Below, in pieces: positions 1 to 10,749 of a DNA stretch of 64,000 nt; the first letter of the stretch is position 1; every line of letters starts with the position of its first letter. Both the position numbers and the translations under genes were made by a program. Source of the DNA: Chloroflexota bacterium (GTDB lineage: Bacteria > Chloroflexota > UBA11872 > VXOZ01); assembly GCA_963662335.2 (NCBI GenBank), contig CAXXVD010000002.1, positions 416,001 through 480,000 of the forward strand. The letters run 5' to 3'. A model generated the notes under the pieces. The model had not been told where the DNA came from. It was given only the letters and a program-made list of their open reading frames with translations, and made no database searches.

Positions 1-89
1 GCTAGCAGCCATCCGCTTTCTCGCCCTATTGCATCGCCTGCCGGCCGGTCAGTGCGGGAAATCCCTCACCCCGGCCCGCTCCCACTGAA

Positions 90-160
90 AACCTCAGCAG
101 GCCTCTGAGAACCTCAGCCGGCCTCTGCGAACCTCGGCCGGCCTCTGCGAAACCCCGGCG
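90..160. repeat. 20-bp tandem repeat (aacctcrgccggcctctgcg), about 3.5 copies
   Basis: Units start at 90, 110 and 130, with a degenerate fourth copy; lies between two REP-like palindromes. Confidence 0.8.
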
Positions 161-163
161 TAC

Positions 164-292
164 GTCATTCCGAACGGCGCGCAGCGGAGTGAGGAATCTA
201 GAGTGAAGTTCGCCAAGAACCGCGACTCTGCTGAAGCGTCCCGCCGCTCCTGCGCCAAGACCCCTTAGATTCCTCGCTGCGCTCGGAATGAC
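164..292. repeat. Inverted pair of REP-like palindromes, family D (gtcattccgagcgcagcgaggaatct)
   Basis: 164-199 and 267-292 are related sequences in opposite orientation; the same family recurs at 33735, 37761-37833 and 52693. Confidence 0.8.
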
Positions 293-376
293 ATCCTGCG
301 TTCAGAGTGACATTCTGGGTGGCCGGCTACGCGAAGATCTCCACTGGGATGAGAAAACGCCTGCCGGTTGCGCCTC

Positions 377-1786
377 TTACCAGCGCCGCACCGGCTTCTC
401 GCTCTCCAGCAGGCGGTGGAGCAGCATGTCCTCGTGCTGGCGCACCAGGTCGCGGGAACCGGGGTCGCGGGCCAGGTTGCGCGTTTCCAGCGGGTCTTCC
501 TCCATGTCGTACAACTCTTGCCCGTCCGGGGTGTTCCAGAAGGCGTACTTGTAGCGGTTGGTGGTGATCGACTTGCCGCGCACGACCTGGTTGTTATCCT
601 CGAACGCGCAGAGCGCGATGCCGGGCGCATCCGCCGCGCCTTCCACCACCGGCTTCAGGCTGGCGGCTTCCATTTCCCTGGGAATTTCAACCCCGGCGTA
701 GTCGAGGATGGTCGGGGCCACCTGGAAGGTCTCGATCACGCCGTCCACCGCCGGCACGCGGGGCATGTCCGCGGGCGGCACGACGATGAACGGCACGCGG
801 GTGGAGCCCTCCCAGAACGTCCCCTTGCCGCCGCGGGACCAGTCGCCCATGTGGTCGCCGTGGTCGCTGGTGAAGATGATGAGGGTGTTGTCCGCCTTGC
901 CGCACTCTTCCAGCGTCTGGAAGAGGCGTTCCATCATGTCGTCGATGTAGGTGCAGAGTCCCCAGTAGAAGGCCGTCACGCGCCTAATCAGGCTGTCGTC
1001 CGGCTGCTTGGCAAAGCGGCCGCCGCCGTTTTGCAGGTGCTTGGGCTTGTCGCTGTCGTCGGCCAGATAGGTGGGCGAAACGTCCACGTAGTCCAGCGGG
1101 TACATGCTGTCGTAGGGCTTAGGCGGGTCGAACGGCCCGTGGGGCCCGCAGATGCCGCACCAGGCGAAGAAGGGCCGGTCGTGGTCGCGGGACACAAACT
1201 CCCGCGTGTTCTCCGTAATCCAGGTGTCGATGTACTCTTCCAACGGCAGCACGTTGCTAATCGCGGTCATGTACTGGCGGTAGTCGGGTTCGCGGCGCTG
1301 TTCGTAGATCAGTTCGTAGCCGCCGGGATGGACGGAGTCCAGCCAGCGGGCGTAGACCGGGCCCAAGGGGCCGGGACCCAGCGGCGAGCCGTAGGATTGC
1401 GTCCAGCGCGCGCCCTTGCCGCCGGTGAGTTGGGTCTCGTTGAAGCCCTTGGGCGGCATCATGTGAATCTTGCCGAAGGCGGCGGTGACGTAGCCGGCGT
1501 CTTGCAGTTCTTCCATGAACGTGCGCTCCCACGGCGGCAGGCCGGGCGTGCTATCCACCGCGGCTTCCATGTAGGTCACGCCGTGCTGGTGGGTGTAGCG
1601 CCCGGTTTGCAGGCAGGCGCGGGCCGGAATGCAGACGGGATTCTGGTTGTAGGCCTTGGCGAAGAGCGTGCCCTTGGCCGCCAGCGCGTCCAGGGTGGGC
1701 GTCTTGACCTTTTGGTTGCCGTAGCAGCCCAGGGTGTCCCAGCGCTGTTCGTCGGTGGTGATGAGGATGATGTTCGGGCGTTCCAT
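377..1786 (-). CDS. Sulfatase (arylsulfatase A-like)
   Basis: N-terminal PNIILITTDEQR, formylglycine motif CIPAR, GKIH and FTSDHG motifs; start moved to ATG 1786 because the upstream extension is REP-derived. Confidence 0.92.
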   Translation of the reverse strand: MERPNIILITTDEQRWDTLGCYGNQKVKTPTLDALAAKGTLFAKAYNQNPVCIPARACLQTGRYTHQHGVTYMEAAVDSTPGLPPWERTFMEELQDAGYVTAAFGKIHMMPPKGFNETQLTGGKGARWTQSYGSPLGPGPLGPVYARWLDSVHPGGYELIYEQRREPDYRQYMTAISNVLPLEEYIDTWITENTREFVSRDHDRPFFAWCGICGPHGPFDPPKPYDSMYPLDYVDVSPTYLADDSDKPKHLQNGGGRFAKQPDDSLIRRVTAFYWGLCTYIDDMMERLFQTLEECGKADNTLIIFTSDHGDHMGDWSRGGKGTFWEGSTRVPFIVVPPADMPRVPAVDGVIETFQVAPTILDYAGVEIPREMEAASLKPVVEGAADAPGIALCAFEDNNQVVRGKSITTNRYKYAFWNTPDGQELYDMEEDPLETRNLARDPGSRDLVRQHEDMLLHRLLESEKPVRRW

Positions 1787-2042
1787 TGGCTCTTGCTTCC
1801 TGTTGCCGGTAGCGCAGGATTGCAACCTGCGCCTCTGTACGTTCAATTCTCCAAGGCCGGCCTTTCCCGTGTCAGACCGCCGGCGCACGTGCCGAGCGCT
1901 ACACACTTAGGCGGGACTCAGGCTGGGGACAAAACCCCCGCGCAACATTGTAACACTGTGAGAGAAACTGAAAGACCGAACAGGGGCGCGCCCCGGCACA
2001 CTCGCTTGGCCACGCTGGGACGCAAGCGCCCGCGCCTGCAGC

Positions 2043-2123
2043 GGCGCAGGTTGCAAACCTGCGCTACCGGAGAAGTGCTACCGGAGAAGCGTTACCGGAG
2101 ATGAGCTATCGGAGATGCGCTAC
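2043..2123. repeat. REP family B palindrome (ggtagcgcaggttgcaaacctgcgctacc) followed by a 13-bp tandem of its tail (gctaccggagaag)
   Basis: Palindrome, then about four degenerate 13-mers; family B also occurs at 1809, 16184, 29970, 44364, 52515 and 62478. Confidence 0.75.
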
Positions 2124-2158
2124 GCCCTTAGCCTTGGAATCGATGCGTTGACTGTGGA

Positions 2159-3007
2159 CTAGAGACTCGCCTCATCCGCAAGCCGCCTGGTGTATTCCAG
2201 ATCCTGCTTGACCTGGGCGAGTAGTTCGGCCTGGTTCATGTCCTTGAAGCTGTTCGGCCCCCGGTATTCGGCCTGGAACGAGGCGTAGCCGGTGTAGCCG
2301 ATGCGCTTCAAGTACCGGAAAGCCTCGGGGAACGGGATGAACCCCTGGTCGAAGGGCACCACTTTGGCCTGCCAGCGCTCGGCGCCGGTTTCCGGGTCTG
2401 CTTCCTGGAACTGCGCGAGGTTTTCCAGAGCCAGCATGGCAATACGCTCGGCAAGCAGGTCGAGGCCGTGAATCCAGCCGCCGTAACTGCCCTCGATGCC
2501 CATGTGTCCCAGGTCGGGATAGTAGCAGAGCGCCGTTGGCTCGAAGCCGTCCAGCAGGAGCGAAACCGCGTGGGTGGTGGCGGAAAGAGTGGGACCGTCG
2601 TGGGCGTGCACGCCGGCCTGGACGCCGTGCTTCAGGCACAGAGCCTCGATGCCGCGCAACCGCTCCCGCGCTGCCGCGATCTGCCGGCGCATCGCGCCAA
2701 AACCGGCGTAGCGAAAGTAACCGAGCTTCAACTGCTCGATGCCGAGGTCGGCGGCCGTGGCAAATACGTCTTCCGCGTGGGGCGACTGGGCACTGTCGAC
2801 GGCCGTCGTCAGCCAGCCAATTTGAAGGCCCCGGCTGCGGATGGCCCGCGCCGCCTGGGGCAGGTCGGTCTTCGCCCGCTCCGGCAAGACGTGTCCGGGG
2901 GAGCGCACGGTGAGGTCTACGCCGTCCATGCCAAGTTTCGCCACGGTGTCGGCAAGTTCGCCATAGGCGAGGTCCTCAAGCGGTTTTGAGAGCATCAGGA
3001 ATTTCAT
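2159..3007 (-). CDS. Sugar phosphate isomerase/epimerase-like TIM-barrel protein (AP_endonuc_2 family)
   Basis: GMDGVDLTVRSPGHVLPE, DLGH and GYTGYASF patterns typical of xylose-isomerase-like barrels. Confidence 0.8.
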   Translation of the reverse strand: MKFLMLSKPLEDLAYGELADTVAKLGMDGVDLTVRSPGHVLPERAKTDLPQAARAIRSRGLQIGWLTTAVDSAQSPHAEDVFATAADLGIEQLKLGYFRYAGFGAMRRQIAAARERLRGIEALCLKHGVQAGVHAHDGPTLSATTHAVSLLLDGFEPTALCYYPDLGHMGIEGSYGGWIHGLDLLAERIAMLALENLAQFQEADPETGAERWQAKVVPFDQGFIPFPEAFRYLKRIGYTGYASFQAEYRGPNSFKDMNQAELLAQVKQDLEYTRRLADEASL

Positions 3008-3246
3008 GGCACACGTTTCTCCTCGCCCACAGTGTGGGAGACTTGTAGAATTGCCTACTCTTTGCCGGGCGGTTGCGCCGTTGGCAGGTGGAAGCTATGC
3101 GCGCGCCTTGCCGCGGACGCCGCCGCGTCTCAGGCAGGCTTCCCATCGTGTTTCAGTATCTGCTTTGGCAGCATAGAATCTACCGGCGCGGGCTGTGGGA
3201 TGTTGTTGGACCACGTTAGCGCCATGCGCTACTCCGCAGGTAGCGT

Positions 3247-3714
3247 TCACTGGCCCAACAAAGGATTGACCCCTCGGACGTTGATGCCATAGTCGAAGAC
3301 GAGGTCGCCGCCGGTCATGCCGGACATTACCAGCAGGCCGGCGCCAATGGCGACAAGCGCCAGGAACGGGAGCGATGCCCCGCAGTCCGATCCTCTCCGA
3401 CGGGAAACTAATCGCCAGACCGTAATCGCGATGAAAAGCCCCGTAACGGCAAAGCTCCAACTCTGGTGCGTTTCGATGACCCCATGGAGTTCCGTCTCCT
3501 CGTACGGAAAATGAGAGATCAACCCGGAGACCGAGGCGGCGATAGCGCCAATCGTCCCAACCACGAGCAAAAGCCAAGTGGTCTGGAGCATCCAGGGCTT
3601 TGGCCTGACAACCGCATAGACGGTCAGGGCCGCCAGGAGAACAAGCAGGGCGATGGGAAAATGGACGATGATGGAGTGCAGGTCTTCGATGGTATCGGCA
3701 ATCAGTTTTTCCAA
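3247..3714 (-). CDS. DUF2231-like membrane protein
   Basis: LHSIIVHFPIAL N-terminus, four hydrophobic segments, C-terminal GGDLVFDYG. Confidence 0.8.
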   Translation of the reverse strand: MEKLIADTIEDLHSIIVHFPIALLVLLAALTVYAVVRPKPWMLQTTWLLLVVGTIGAIAASVSGLISHFPYEETELHGVIETHQSWSFAVTGLFIAITVWRLVSRRRGSDCGASLPFLALVAIGAGLLVMSGMTGGDLVFDYGINVRGVNPLLGQ

Positions 3715-3977
3715 GATTTCCTCCCAGGGTAGACTGCGCCCCTACAGGCGGATTGCGCCGCGCGGCAGGACTTAACGAGGGCAGTGCGACGGTGCGTTCT
3801 CCACGGCAACCTACCAGGCAAACGTCAAGATTCTTTGAAGAACAAGAATCAAACTACTGCGCCGCCTATCCCGCGCTGGGCCGGCGCTTGCCAACATCAC
3901 GGGCCTATGCTACCAGTTGCAACGTACACTTCCACCAGCCGATTGAGAGCACAGATTAGCGGCAGAGGCAACGGCCG

Positions 3978-4802
3978 TCACTGCCGGGTGCTGAGCAGCC
4001 GCCGCATCGTGCCGCCGAGGATTTGCTTCTTTTCGTCGTCGCTGATGGGCGCCAGCAGGATACGTCCGATCTGGTGCGTGGGGCACATCCAGGGAAAGTC
4101 GTCTCCGTAGAGGATTCTGCCCGCGCCGACGTGCGCAACCAACTGCGCGAATATCCCGTAGTACGCGACGGAACCGGCGGTATCCAGATAGACGTTTGGT
4201 TCCTCGAGTGCCACGTCGTACGTCCCGTCCGTCTCCGGGTGTTTTCTGCCGGCGCCGGCGTGGGCCACGATGAAGTGGGCGTTGGGATAGGCGCGGGCGG
4301 TGCGGCGCAGCACGTCCGGCGAATCCACGCCGTGGCTGATGAGCGGGAGCCGGTGCCTGTCCGCCAGTTCGAAGGCCGGCACGTAGGCCGGCCCGGCGAA
4401 TGGATATTCATGCAGGCTGGTGTGAAACTTGAAGCCGCGCGCGCCGGCGTCGACGCAGCGCTGCAACTCGTCGCGCACCTGGCCGGCCAGGTTGGGGTCC
4501 GGCACGGCGTAGGCCAGTAGACGGTCCGGATGCCGGCGCGCCGCCGCCAGGTTCATGTCGTTGCCGGCGCGCATGTCGGCCGTAATCGCCAGGCTGGAAA
4601 AGACGCACGTCTGGTCGATGCCCACCCGGTCCATGGTGCGCACCAGCGAGTCGGCGTCCGGCGCGGGCTGGTGAAAGCCATAGTACGCGCCCAGGTGGGA
4701 GTGGTTGTTCACGACGAACGTGTCCGTGAGCGGTTCGCCGCGCAGGGCGGCCTCGCGCAGGGTCATGGACTGGCCTGGGGCCGGTGAGGCTGTCTGTGTC
4801 AT
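3978..4802 (-). CDS. Amidohydrolase (Amidohydro_2 family)
   Basis: HSH metal motif, GFKFH, IVAHAG, NVYLDT and LYGDDFP motifs. Confidence 0.88.
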   Translation of the reverse strand: MTQTASPAPGQSMTLREAALRGEPLTDTFVVNNHSHLGAYYGFHQPAPDADSLVRTMDRVGIDQTCVFSSLAITADMRAGNDMNLAAARRHPDRLLAYAVPDPNLAGQVRDELQRCVDAGARGFKFHTSLHEYPFAGPAYVPAFELADRHRLPLISHGVDSPDVLRRTARAYPNAHFIVAHAGAGRKHPETDGTYDVALEEPNVYLDTAGSVAYYGIFAQLVAHVGAGRILYGDDFPWMCPTHQIGRILLAPISDDEKKQILGGTMRRLLSTRQ

Positions 4803-4922
4803 GGTTTCACGTCTTTCTCGCTGTTGCGTTTGGTGGCCACGCGCTTCGTGTTGCGGCCTTGTCTGGCGCGTCCATTCATCCTTCGACAGGCTCAGGACGA
4901 ACGGACGCTGAGCGTGCGTCGG

Positions 4923-5708
4923 TTAGACGTCGCAGTTGTCGATGAGGCGTTGCAGGCTGCCGCCGGCCACCGTGTCGCGCTCTTCTACAGAAAAACTGGC
5001 GTACGTGAGCCCCGTGATTGCCATGCCCGGATCCCACTCCGGCAGGCCGGTGCCAAAGAGCAGGCGTTGCGCGCCCCAGCGGCCGGCAACGTGGGCAATG
5101 GCGTCGTGGCCCTGAAAATAGGAGGTCTCGATGTACAGGTTGTCGTGCCGTTCCATCAGGGTAAAGAGCGTGCGGTAGTTTGCCGGCGGCTCGCGCACAA
5201 GGATGAGCGGCAGCGCGGGATACGTCCGCAGCGCCCACTCGATGAACGCCCAGGGGCGCGGTTCGCTCCAGTGGCGGTTGTTCGTGTCCAGGAAGAGGGG
5301 CACACGGCGCTCGGCCAGGGCTTCCAGCAGCGTGTCGATTTCGAAGGGTTCCAGCGTGAGCCGGTTGATGCCGGTGCAGAGCCGCGCCGCCCGCGCGCCG
5401 GAGTCCAGCAGTTGCGCCACGAGTTCTTGCTCCGGCGGCGCCTCGCCGGTGATTGACGGCATGACCACCCAGCACGGCACGAGCCGGTCTACGCCTTTGG
5501 TCTCCTCGATCACGAGCCGGTTGCCGACGGCGGGATGCTGCCACTTGGCGCGGCCGTGGGTGACCAGCGCGCGGTCGATGCCGTTCGCGTCCAGCGCCGC
5601 CAGCAGGCGCGGCACGTCGTTGGGCGTGTCGTCGTGGCGGAGGAAGATCGGGCCGAGAAAGACGTTGGCGTCGAAGAGGCGCGGCGGCTCGCGTAGTTCC
5701 GTCTCCAT
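4923..5708 (-). CDS. Amidohydrolase-fold protein with degenerate metal site
   Basis: Same fold signatures (NLYIETS, RLLFGTGLP), but DANVF replaces DxHxH and GTG replaces GxD. Confidence 0.78.
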   Translation of the reverse strand: METELREPPRLFDANVFLGPIFLRHDDTPNDVPRLLAALDANGIDRALVTHGRAKWQHPAVGNRLVIEETKGVDRLVPCWVVMPSITGEAPPEQELVAQLLDSGARAARLCTGINRLTLEPFEIDTLLEALAERRVPLFLDTNNRHWSEPRPWAFIEWALRTYPALPLILVREPPANYRTLFTLMERHDNLYIETSYFQGHDAIAHVAGRWGAQRLLFGTGLPEWDPGMAITGLTYASFSVEERDTVAGGSLQRLIDNCDV

Positions 5709-5857
5709 CCTGGCGCTCCATTCTCTGCGCGGCGGAAGTTTTTCTGATTATACAGGAGATGCGCGGAGAGATTCGGCGCGACATTCGCAAGCGCGGGGAT
5801 GTATCCTGTTCCCACGTGCACGAGCGAGACGCAGCCGCACTGAGCGAGGTGAGCGCA

Positions 5858-7228
5858 ATGGATGCTGTGGGCCATGGCCGTGGGCCGTACTTCCAGGTGG
5901 GCACAGCGCGCGCGCGCATAACGCCTTCGGTGGGCATGCCGTATCTCGGCTACGGCTGGGACCGGCAGGATTTCTTTCTGGGCGTGCATGACGACTTGTG
6001 GGCCAAGGCGCTGGTGATCGACGACGGTGAACGGACGGCGGCGCTGATCGCCTGCGACATGATCGGCTTTCCGCCCGCGCCCTTTGCCGCCGGGGTGCGG
6101 GAGTTGGTGGCGGCGCATACGAGTATCCCCGGCGAGTGCGTGATGCTTAGCGCCAGCCACACCCACAGCAGCCACGCCTCGATCGACCTCTCCACGCTAG
6201 ACCTCGAGTGGCCGTGGGTGAAAGACCTAGCCAAGAGCCTGGCTGGCACGGCGATTGCCGCCTGGCAGCAGCGCGAGCCGGCTTCTATCAAGGTAAGTTC
6301 GGGTGAGATTCACGGGATTTCCGAAAACCGGCGGGTGGTGCGCACCGACGGCAAAGTATATCGCAACTGGGACACGAAAGCGCCCGGCGCGGAGGTGCGG
6401 CGCGGGCCGATCGACCCGGAAGTGGGCGTGCTGCTGGCGCAGCGACCCGACGGCGCGCCGTTGGCCGCGCTCTGCAACTTCACCGCCCATCCCATCTGCG
6501 CCATGAGCCAGCCGCTGGTGTCGGCGGATTATCCGGGCTATGCCATGGCCGCGGTGGAGGCGGCGTTGGGGCCGGGCGTGACCGCGCTCTTCAGCCAGGG
6601 CGCGTGCGGCGACGTCAATCCGCCGGTGGTGCGGCGCAACGTGCGCGACGCGCGGGAAGTTGGGCTGCAACTGGGCGGCGAAGTGTTGCGAACGGCGGCG
6701 TCGCTGCTGCCGGACGAGATCCCGGCAGTGGATTGCCGCGTGCGGGTAGCGTCCAGGCGCGTGACGTGGGACTACCGCCCCGACTTGCCCTCACGAGAAG
6801 ATGCCGACCGCGCCAACGAGGCGGCAAGGGCTGCGGTCGAGCGCCTGGAGCGCGGCGGCGCGTCCGCCGCAGAGGTCCGCAAGGAGATCAATAGACACCG
6901 CCTGACGCTGGAGCAGTACGAACTCACCCGCAACGACGCCCGCCAAGAGGAAGGCGAAATCCAGGTGATGGCGATTGGCGAGAGCGCGTGGGTGGGCGTG
7001 CCCGGCGAGCTATTCTGCCAAGTCGGACTGGACATTAAAGAACAATCGCCGTTCACGCGCACGTATATCGTGGGCTACGCCAACTGCTACCAGGGGTATT
7101 TTCCGACGCCGCAGGCGTATGCGGAAGGCGGCTACGAGGTGAACGTGGGCCGCTGGAGCCGCTTCACCGCCGCCGCGGGCGCGAGCGTGCGGGATACGGC
7201 GCTGGCGCTGCTGCGCGGCCTGGTTTAG
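5858..7228 (+). CDS. Neutral/alkaline ceramidase N-terminal-domain hydrolase
   Basis: GVHDDLWAKAL, ASHTHS, NFTAHP, SADYPG, QGACGDVNP and PGELF motifs; GAGGTG RBS before ATG 5858. Confidence 0.85.
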   Translation: MDAVGHGRGPYFQVGTARARITPSVGMPYLGYGWDRQDFFLGVHDDLWAKALVIDDGERTAALIACDMIGFPPAPFAAGVRELVAAHTSIPGECVMLSASHTHSSHASIDLSTLDLEWPWVKDLAKSLAGTAIAAWQQREPASIKVSSGEIHGISENRRVVRTDGKVYRNWDTKAPGAEVRRGPIDPEVGVLLAQRPDGAPLAALCNFTAHPICAMSQPLVSADYPGYAMAAVEAALGPGVTALFSQGACGDVNPPVVRRNVRDAREVGLQLGGEVLRTAASLLPDEIPAVDCRVRVASRRVTWDYRPDLPSREDADRANEAARAAVERLERGGASAAEVRKEINRHRLTLEQYELTRNDARQEEGEIQVMAIGESAWVGVPGELFCQVGLDIKEQSPFTRTYIVGYANCYQGYFPTPQAYAEGGYEVNVGRWSRFTAAAGASVRDTALALLRGLV

Positions 7229-7584
7229 CCGCCACGCTACGGTGCGTCATCACTCTGAGAATAGCCGTAACTGAGCCGTTCGCCCCCGTATCGCGTACGG
7301 GGCAGGCTCTGAGCCGGGTCGAAGGGTGAACGGCGGATTGAGCGTTTAGCCACCCCGAACGCGCCTCTCTCCGTTCATACTTCGACGGTGGGCTGCGCGA
7401 AGCCCTCAGCCACGAACGGTAAGAGGCGCGTTCGTTTTCATTCCCCTGTGCGGCGAGCGGGCGGCCATGGTGATTGCCATGGAAATAGCGCGGCCGGCTC
7501 CGTCATTTCCGCGCACGCGGGAATCCATTATAGGCCCAGGCGAAGGCCCGTGCGAGTGAAGAGCCCCTCCCGCTACGGTGCGAG

Positions 7585-7695
7585 GATGCGGGGGACAAGC
7601 CCCCGCGCTACGTGTGCGCGACAGAGGCGGGGGACAAGCCCCCGCGCTACGCATCTCGTTTCCTCTCCTCGTCGGAGAGGGTTAGGGTGAGGGGA
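7585..7695. repeat. Two copies of REP family A (gcgggggacaagcccccgcgctac) plus a family F hairpin
   Basis: Exact 24-mers ending in CTAC (GTAG on the other strand); roughly 25-30 full or partial copies counted by eye across the window. Confidence 0.85.
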
Positions 7696-7723
7696 AACCG
7701 CTTCGTCTGGACTTCATGGCGCT

Positions 7724-8992
7724 TCACATGGCCGCCAGGAGTTTCGCGCCGAAATCCGCCGGTTCGCTGCGTTCGATTATCAGGTCGGTCGCGTCGTGGA
7801 AGCGCATGAAGTCGCGCATGGCGCGGGCTACGGAAGCCGCCAGCCGTTGGCTGGGGCGGACGCCCGGCTCCAGGTACAGCGCTTTCACGCGGAGCAGGCC
7901 GGCCTTGCGCTCGACCTTGGGATCGAAGCGGCCCACCAGGCGGCCGCGGTCCAATATCGGCAGGCAAAAGTACCCCCAGACGCGCTTGGGCGCGGGCACG
8001 TAGCACTCGAGCGTCTGCCGGAACCGCCACACGGCGCGGTCGCGTCCCTTGGCCCAGAAGAGGCTATCGAACGGATTGAGAAACGTGGTCCGGCGCGGCC
8101 GGAGCGCGCCGTCCGCCGCCGCCTCCAACCGGGGCAGGTTATCGCGGTGCGCCAGGAGTTCGTGCGTCTCACGGTCGGCAAGCCGGCCTTCGATGCGTAC
8201 GAACGTGCCGTCCGCAATCAGCCTCTCCACCAACGGTTTCGCCTCGGTAGCCTTAAGGTGCAGATAGTTACCGACCTGATTCGGCGCGCAGACCCCTAGC
8301 GCCCGCATGGAAGTCGAGAGAAGTCGTCGCAGCGCCTCGTCCGCGGTTGGCTCTTGCGTATCGACCCACGCGGGCAGCAGGCGCTCTTTGCTGTCGTAGA
8401 TGCGTTGGAAATTGACCCGATTGGCAATTGCAAGTTCGCCCACGTCGTAGAGGTACTCAAGCGCGATCTTTGCGTCGTCCCAGTTCCACCACGAGCCCGG
8501 GGCGCGCTTGCCGGTGCGAAAGTCGGCGGGGCGGGCGGGGCCCGTTGCCTTCACTCTTGCAAGGATGGACTCGACCAGGCGCTGCTTCTCAGGATTGGCG
8601 GCCCAGCGCGTGTGCCACGTGCCATGACCCTCTCCGCGCCGCCGCATCTCAGGCAGGAAGCAGGCATATTCGGTCAGTGGGATGATGCAGGCCGCGTGCG
8701 CCCAGTACTCGAACAACCGGCGGGCATTGTCGGGCGAGGTGTTGCCGTCGTCGAAGAGAAGTTTGTCGAGCAGGGCGGTATCGTAGCGGCCCAGCCGGCT
8801 CCAGAGCGTGAGGTACTGCGCGCGGTTGACGACCTGGAGCGTGTCGATCTGCACCCAGCCGACGCGCTGCACGGCGGCGTAGACGTCCTCGATGGTTGGC
8901 CGGCTGCCCCGGCGCTGCGGCGCGTCCAGGCCTTGGGCGTGCAGAATGACCGCGCGCACGGCGGCGAGCGGAAACGGGGCCTGCGCGCTCAC
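7724..8992 (-). CDS. ycaQ: YcaQ/AlkZ-family (HTH_42) interstrand-crosslink DNA glycosylase
   Basis: VQIDT (QxD) motif, LWSRLG, FEYWAHAAC, LNPFDSL and ECYVPAPKRVWGYFCLPIL motifs. Confidence 0.88.
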   Translation of the reverse strand: MSAQAPFPLAAVRAVILHAQGLDAPQRRGSRPTIEDVYAAVQRVGWVQIDTLQVVNRAQYLTLWSRLGRYDTALLDKLLFDDGNTSPDNARRLFEYWAHAACIIPLTEYACFLPEMRRRGEGHGTWHTRWAANPEKQRLVESILARVKATGPARPADFRTGKRAPGSWWNWDDAKIALEYLYDVGELAIANRVNFQRIYDSKERLLPAWVDTQEPTADEALRRLLSTSMRALGVCAPNQVGNYLHLKATEAKPLVERLIADGTFVRIEGRLADRETHELLAHRDNLPRLEAAADGALRPRRTTFLNPFDSLFWAKGRDRAVWRFRQTLECYVPAPKRVWGYFCLPILDRGRLVGRFDPKVERKAGLLRVKALYLEPGVRPSQRLAASVARAMRDFMRFHDATDLIIERSEPADFGAKLLAAM

Positions 8993-10749
8993 GGGCGCGG
9001 CGCCGTCTTGGGCTGCGGGCGCGCGGGCGCGTCCGTCGGCAGGCCATTGGTGGAACTTGCCGCCTCGCGCGCGTAGAGCGACAGCACGCCGCCCTCGTGC
9101 TTGCGCGCCGGCGGCTGCCAGCGGCTGCGGCGCGCGGCCAGGATTCTTTCAATCTCCTCTGGGGACTTGCGCTCGCCGTTCACGCCGACGATGTCCAACG
9201 AGCGCGCCGGCACGTCGATCGCGATCAGGTCGTCCCGCTCCACCAGCGCCAGCGGCCCGCCCAGGGCGGCTTCCGGCATCACGTGGCCGATCGCCGGGCC
9301 CTTGGCCGCGCCGGAGTAGCGCCCGTCGGTGATGATGGCGGTGCTGGCCTCCAGGTCGGGCCGCGCCGAAATGACGGTGGTGCAGAAGTACATCTCCGGC
9401 ATTCCCGACGAGCGCAGCCCCTCGTAGCGGATGACCATCACGTCGCCCGGTTTGATCTCGTCGTTCGTCACGCCCTCAATGGCGTCCTCTTCCCGGTCGT
9501 AGGGCACCGCGCGGCCGACCATCTGGTGGGTGCGCGGGTCGGCGGCCACGTGCTTCATCACCGCCCCTGCCGGCGCCAGGTTGCCGGTGAGCACGGCAAT
9601 CGTGCCGCCGGACTTGTAGGGCTTCTCAATCGGGTAGAGCACCTCTTCCTTGCGCACGCCGTGGTTGTCCAGGTAGCCGCCGATTTCGTCGAACCAGCCG
9701 CGCGCTGCCAGGTCTGCCAGGTTTTCGCCAAGGGTCTTGCCGGTGACCGTGAGGCAATCGAGGTGGAGAAAGTCCTTGACCTCATTCATCAGGGCCGGCA
9801 CGCCGCCGCAGTACCAGATGTATTCCACCGGATGCGTACCGTAGGTCTTCACGTCGGTGAGCACCGGCACCTTGCGGCCGATTTCGTCGAACTGCTGGGG
9901 GCGAATCTCAATGCCCACTTCCGCGGCAATTGCCGGCAGATGGATCAACAGATTGGTAGAGCCGCCGACCGCGGCGTGGAGCACCAAGGCATTGTGAAAG
10001 GCCGCCGGCGTCAGGATGTCGCGGGGCCGGAGGTTCCGTTCCAGCAGCGCCATCACCTGTTCGCCGGCGTCGCGGGCCATGCGGGTGAGTTCGCGCAAGG
10101 CCGCCGGAATGAGCGCGCTGCCCGGCAGCGCCAGACCCAGCGCTTCGGCAATCACTTGGTTGCTGCTGGCGGTGCCCATGAACTGGCAGGAACCCGGCGT
10201 GGGGCAGGCGTGCTTCTGCTTGGCAATAAGCTCTTCCTCGGTTATCTGGCCCTTGTCGCGCATGATGCCGAGCGGATACATAAGCTCGGAGGACATGTTG
10301 CAGGGGCCGTTGGTCTGCGTGCCGCCGGGGACGTGGATCGCCGGCAGGTTCACCCGCGCCATGGCCATCAGGTGGCCGGGCACGGCCTTGTCGGCGGTGG
10401 AGATGCAGACCATGGCGTCGTGGGGGTGCGCCAGCGCGTGGATCTCCGTCATGTAGCTGATGATGTCCCGCGAGGGCAGGCTGAACCTCATGCCGGAGTG
10501 GGCTTGGGCGACGCCATCGCAGATGTCGGTGCAGTAGAATTCGGCCGGCTTGCCGCCGCGGGTGTAGACGCCGAACTTGGCCTGCTCCACCAGATCGCCC
10601 AGGTGCACGCTGGACGGATGCGAGCAGCCGGTCACGCTCTCCACCAGCACCTGCGGCTTGCCCAGGTCGTCCACGGTCCAGTCCATGCCCATGCGCAGGG
10701 CGTCGCCCTGGCGGTTGAGGTTGCGTAATTCTTGGCTCCGCAACTCCAT
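8989..10749 (-). CDS. ilvD: IlvD/Edd-family dehydratase (dihydroxy-acid or sugar-acid)
   Basis: DICDG, CQFMGTA, GGSTN, GNLAP, GMPEM and ITDGRYSG motifs; stop overlaps the ycaQ start (GTGA). Substrate uncertain. Confidence 0.85.
   Translation of the reverse strand: MELRSQELRNLNRQGDALRMGMDWTVDDLGKPQVLVESVTGCSHPSSVHLGDLVEQAKFGVYTRGGKPAEFYCTDICDGVAQAHSGMRFSLPSRDIISYMTEIHALAHPHDAMVCISTADKAVPGHLMAMARVNLPAIHVPGGTQTNGPCNMSSELMYPLGIMRDKGQITEEELIAKQKHACPTPGSCQFMGTASSNQVIAEALGLALPGSALIPAALRELTRMARDAGEQVMALLERNLRPRDILTPAAFHNALVLHAAVGGSTNLLIHLPAIAAEVGIEIRPQQFDEIGRKVPVLTDVKTYGTHPVEYIWYCGGVPALMNEVKDFLHLDCLTVTGKTLGENLADLAARGWFDEIGGYLDNHGVRKEEVLYPIEKPYKSGGTIAVLTGNLAPAGAVMKHVAADPRTHQMVGRAVPYDREEDAIEGVTNDEIKPGDVMVIRYEGLRSSGMPEMYFCTTVISARPDLEASTAIITDGRYSGAAKGPAIGHVMPEAALGGPLALVERDDLIAIDVPARSLDIVGVNGERKSPEEIERILAARRSRWQPPARKHEGGVLSLYAREAASSTNGLPTDAPARPQPKTAPRP

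Noticed and set aside
368-2104. Long antisense ORFs (also 9097-10728, 44534-46111, 52738-54927, 53807-55507, 56637-58151, 60508-62253)
   Set aside because: Shadow frames of well-supported genes in GC-rich DNA, with no recognisable motifs.
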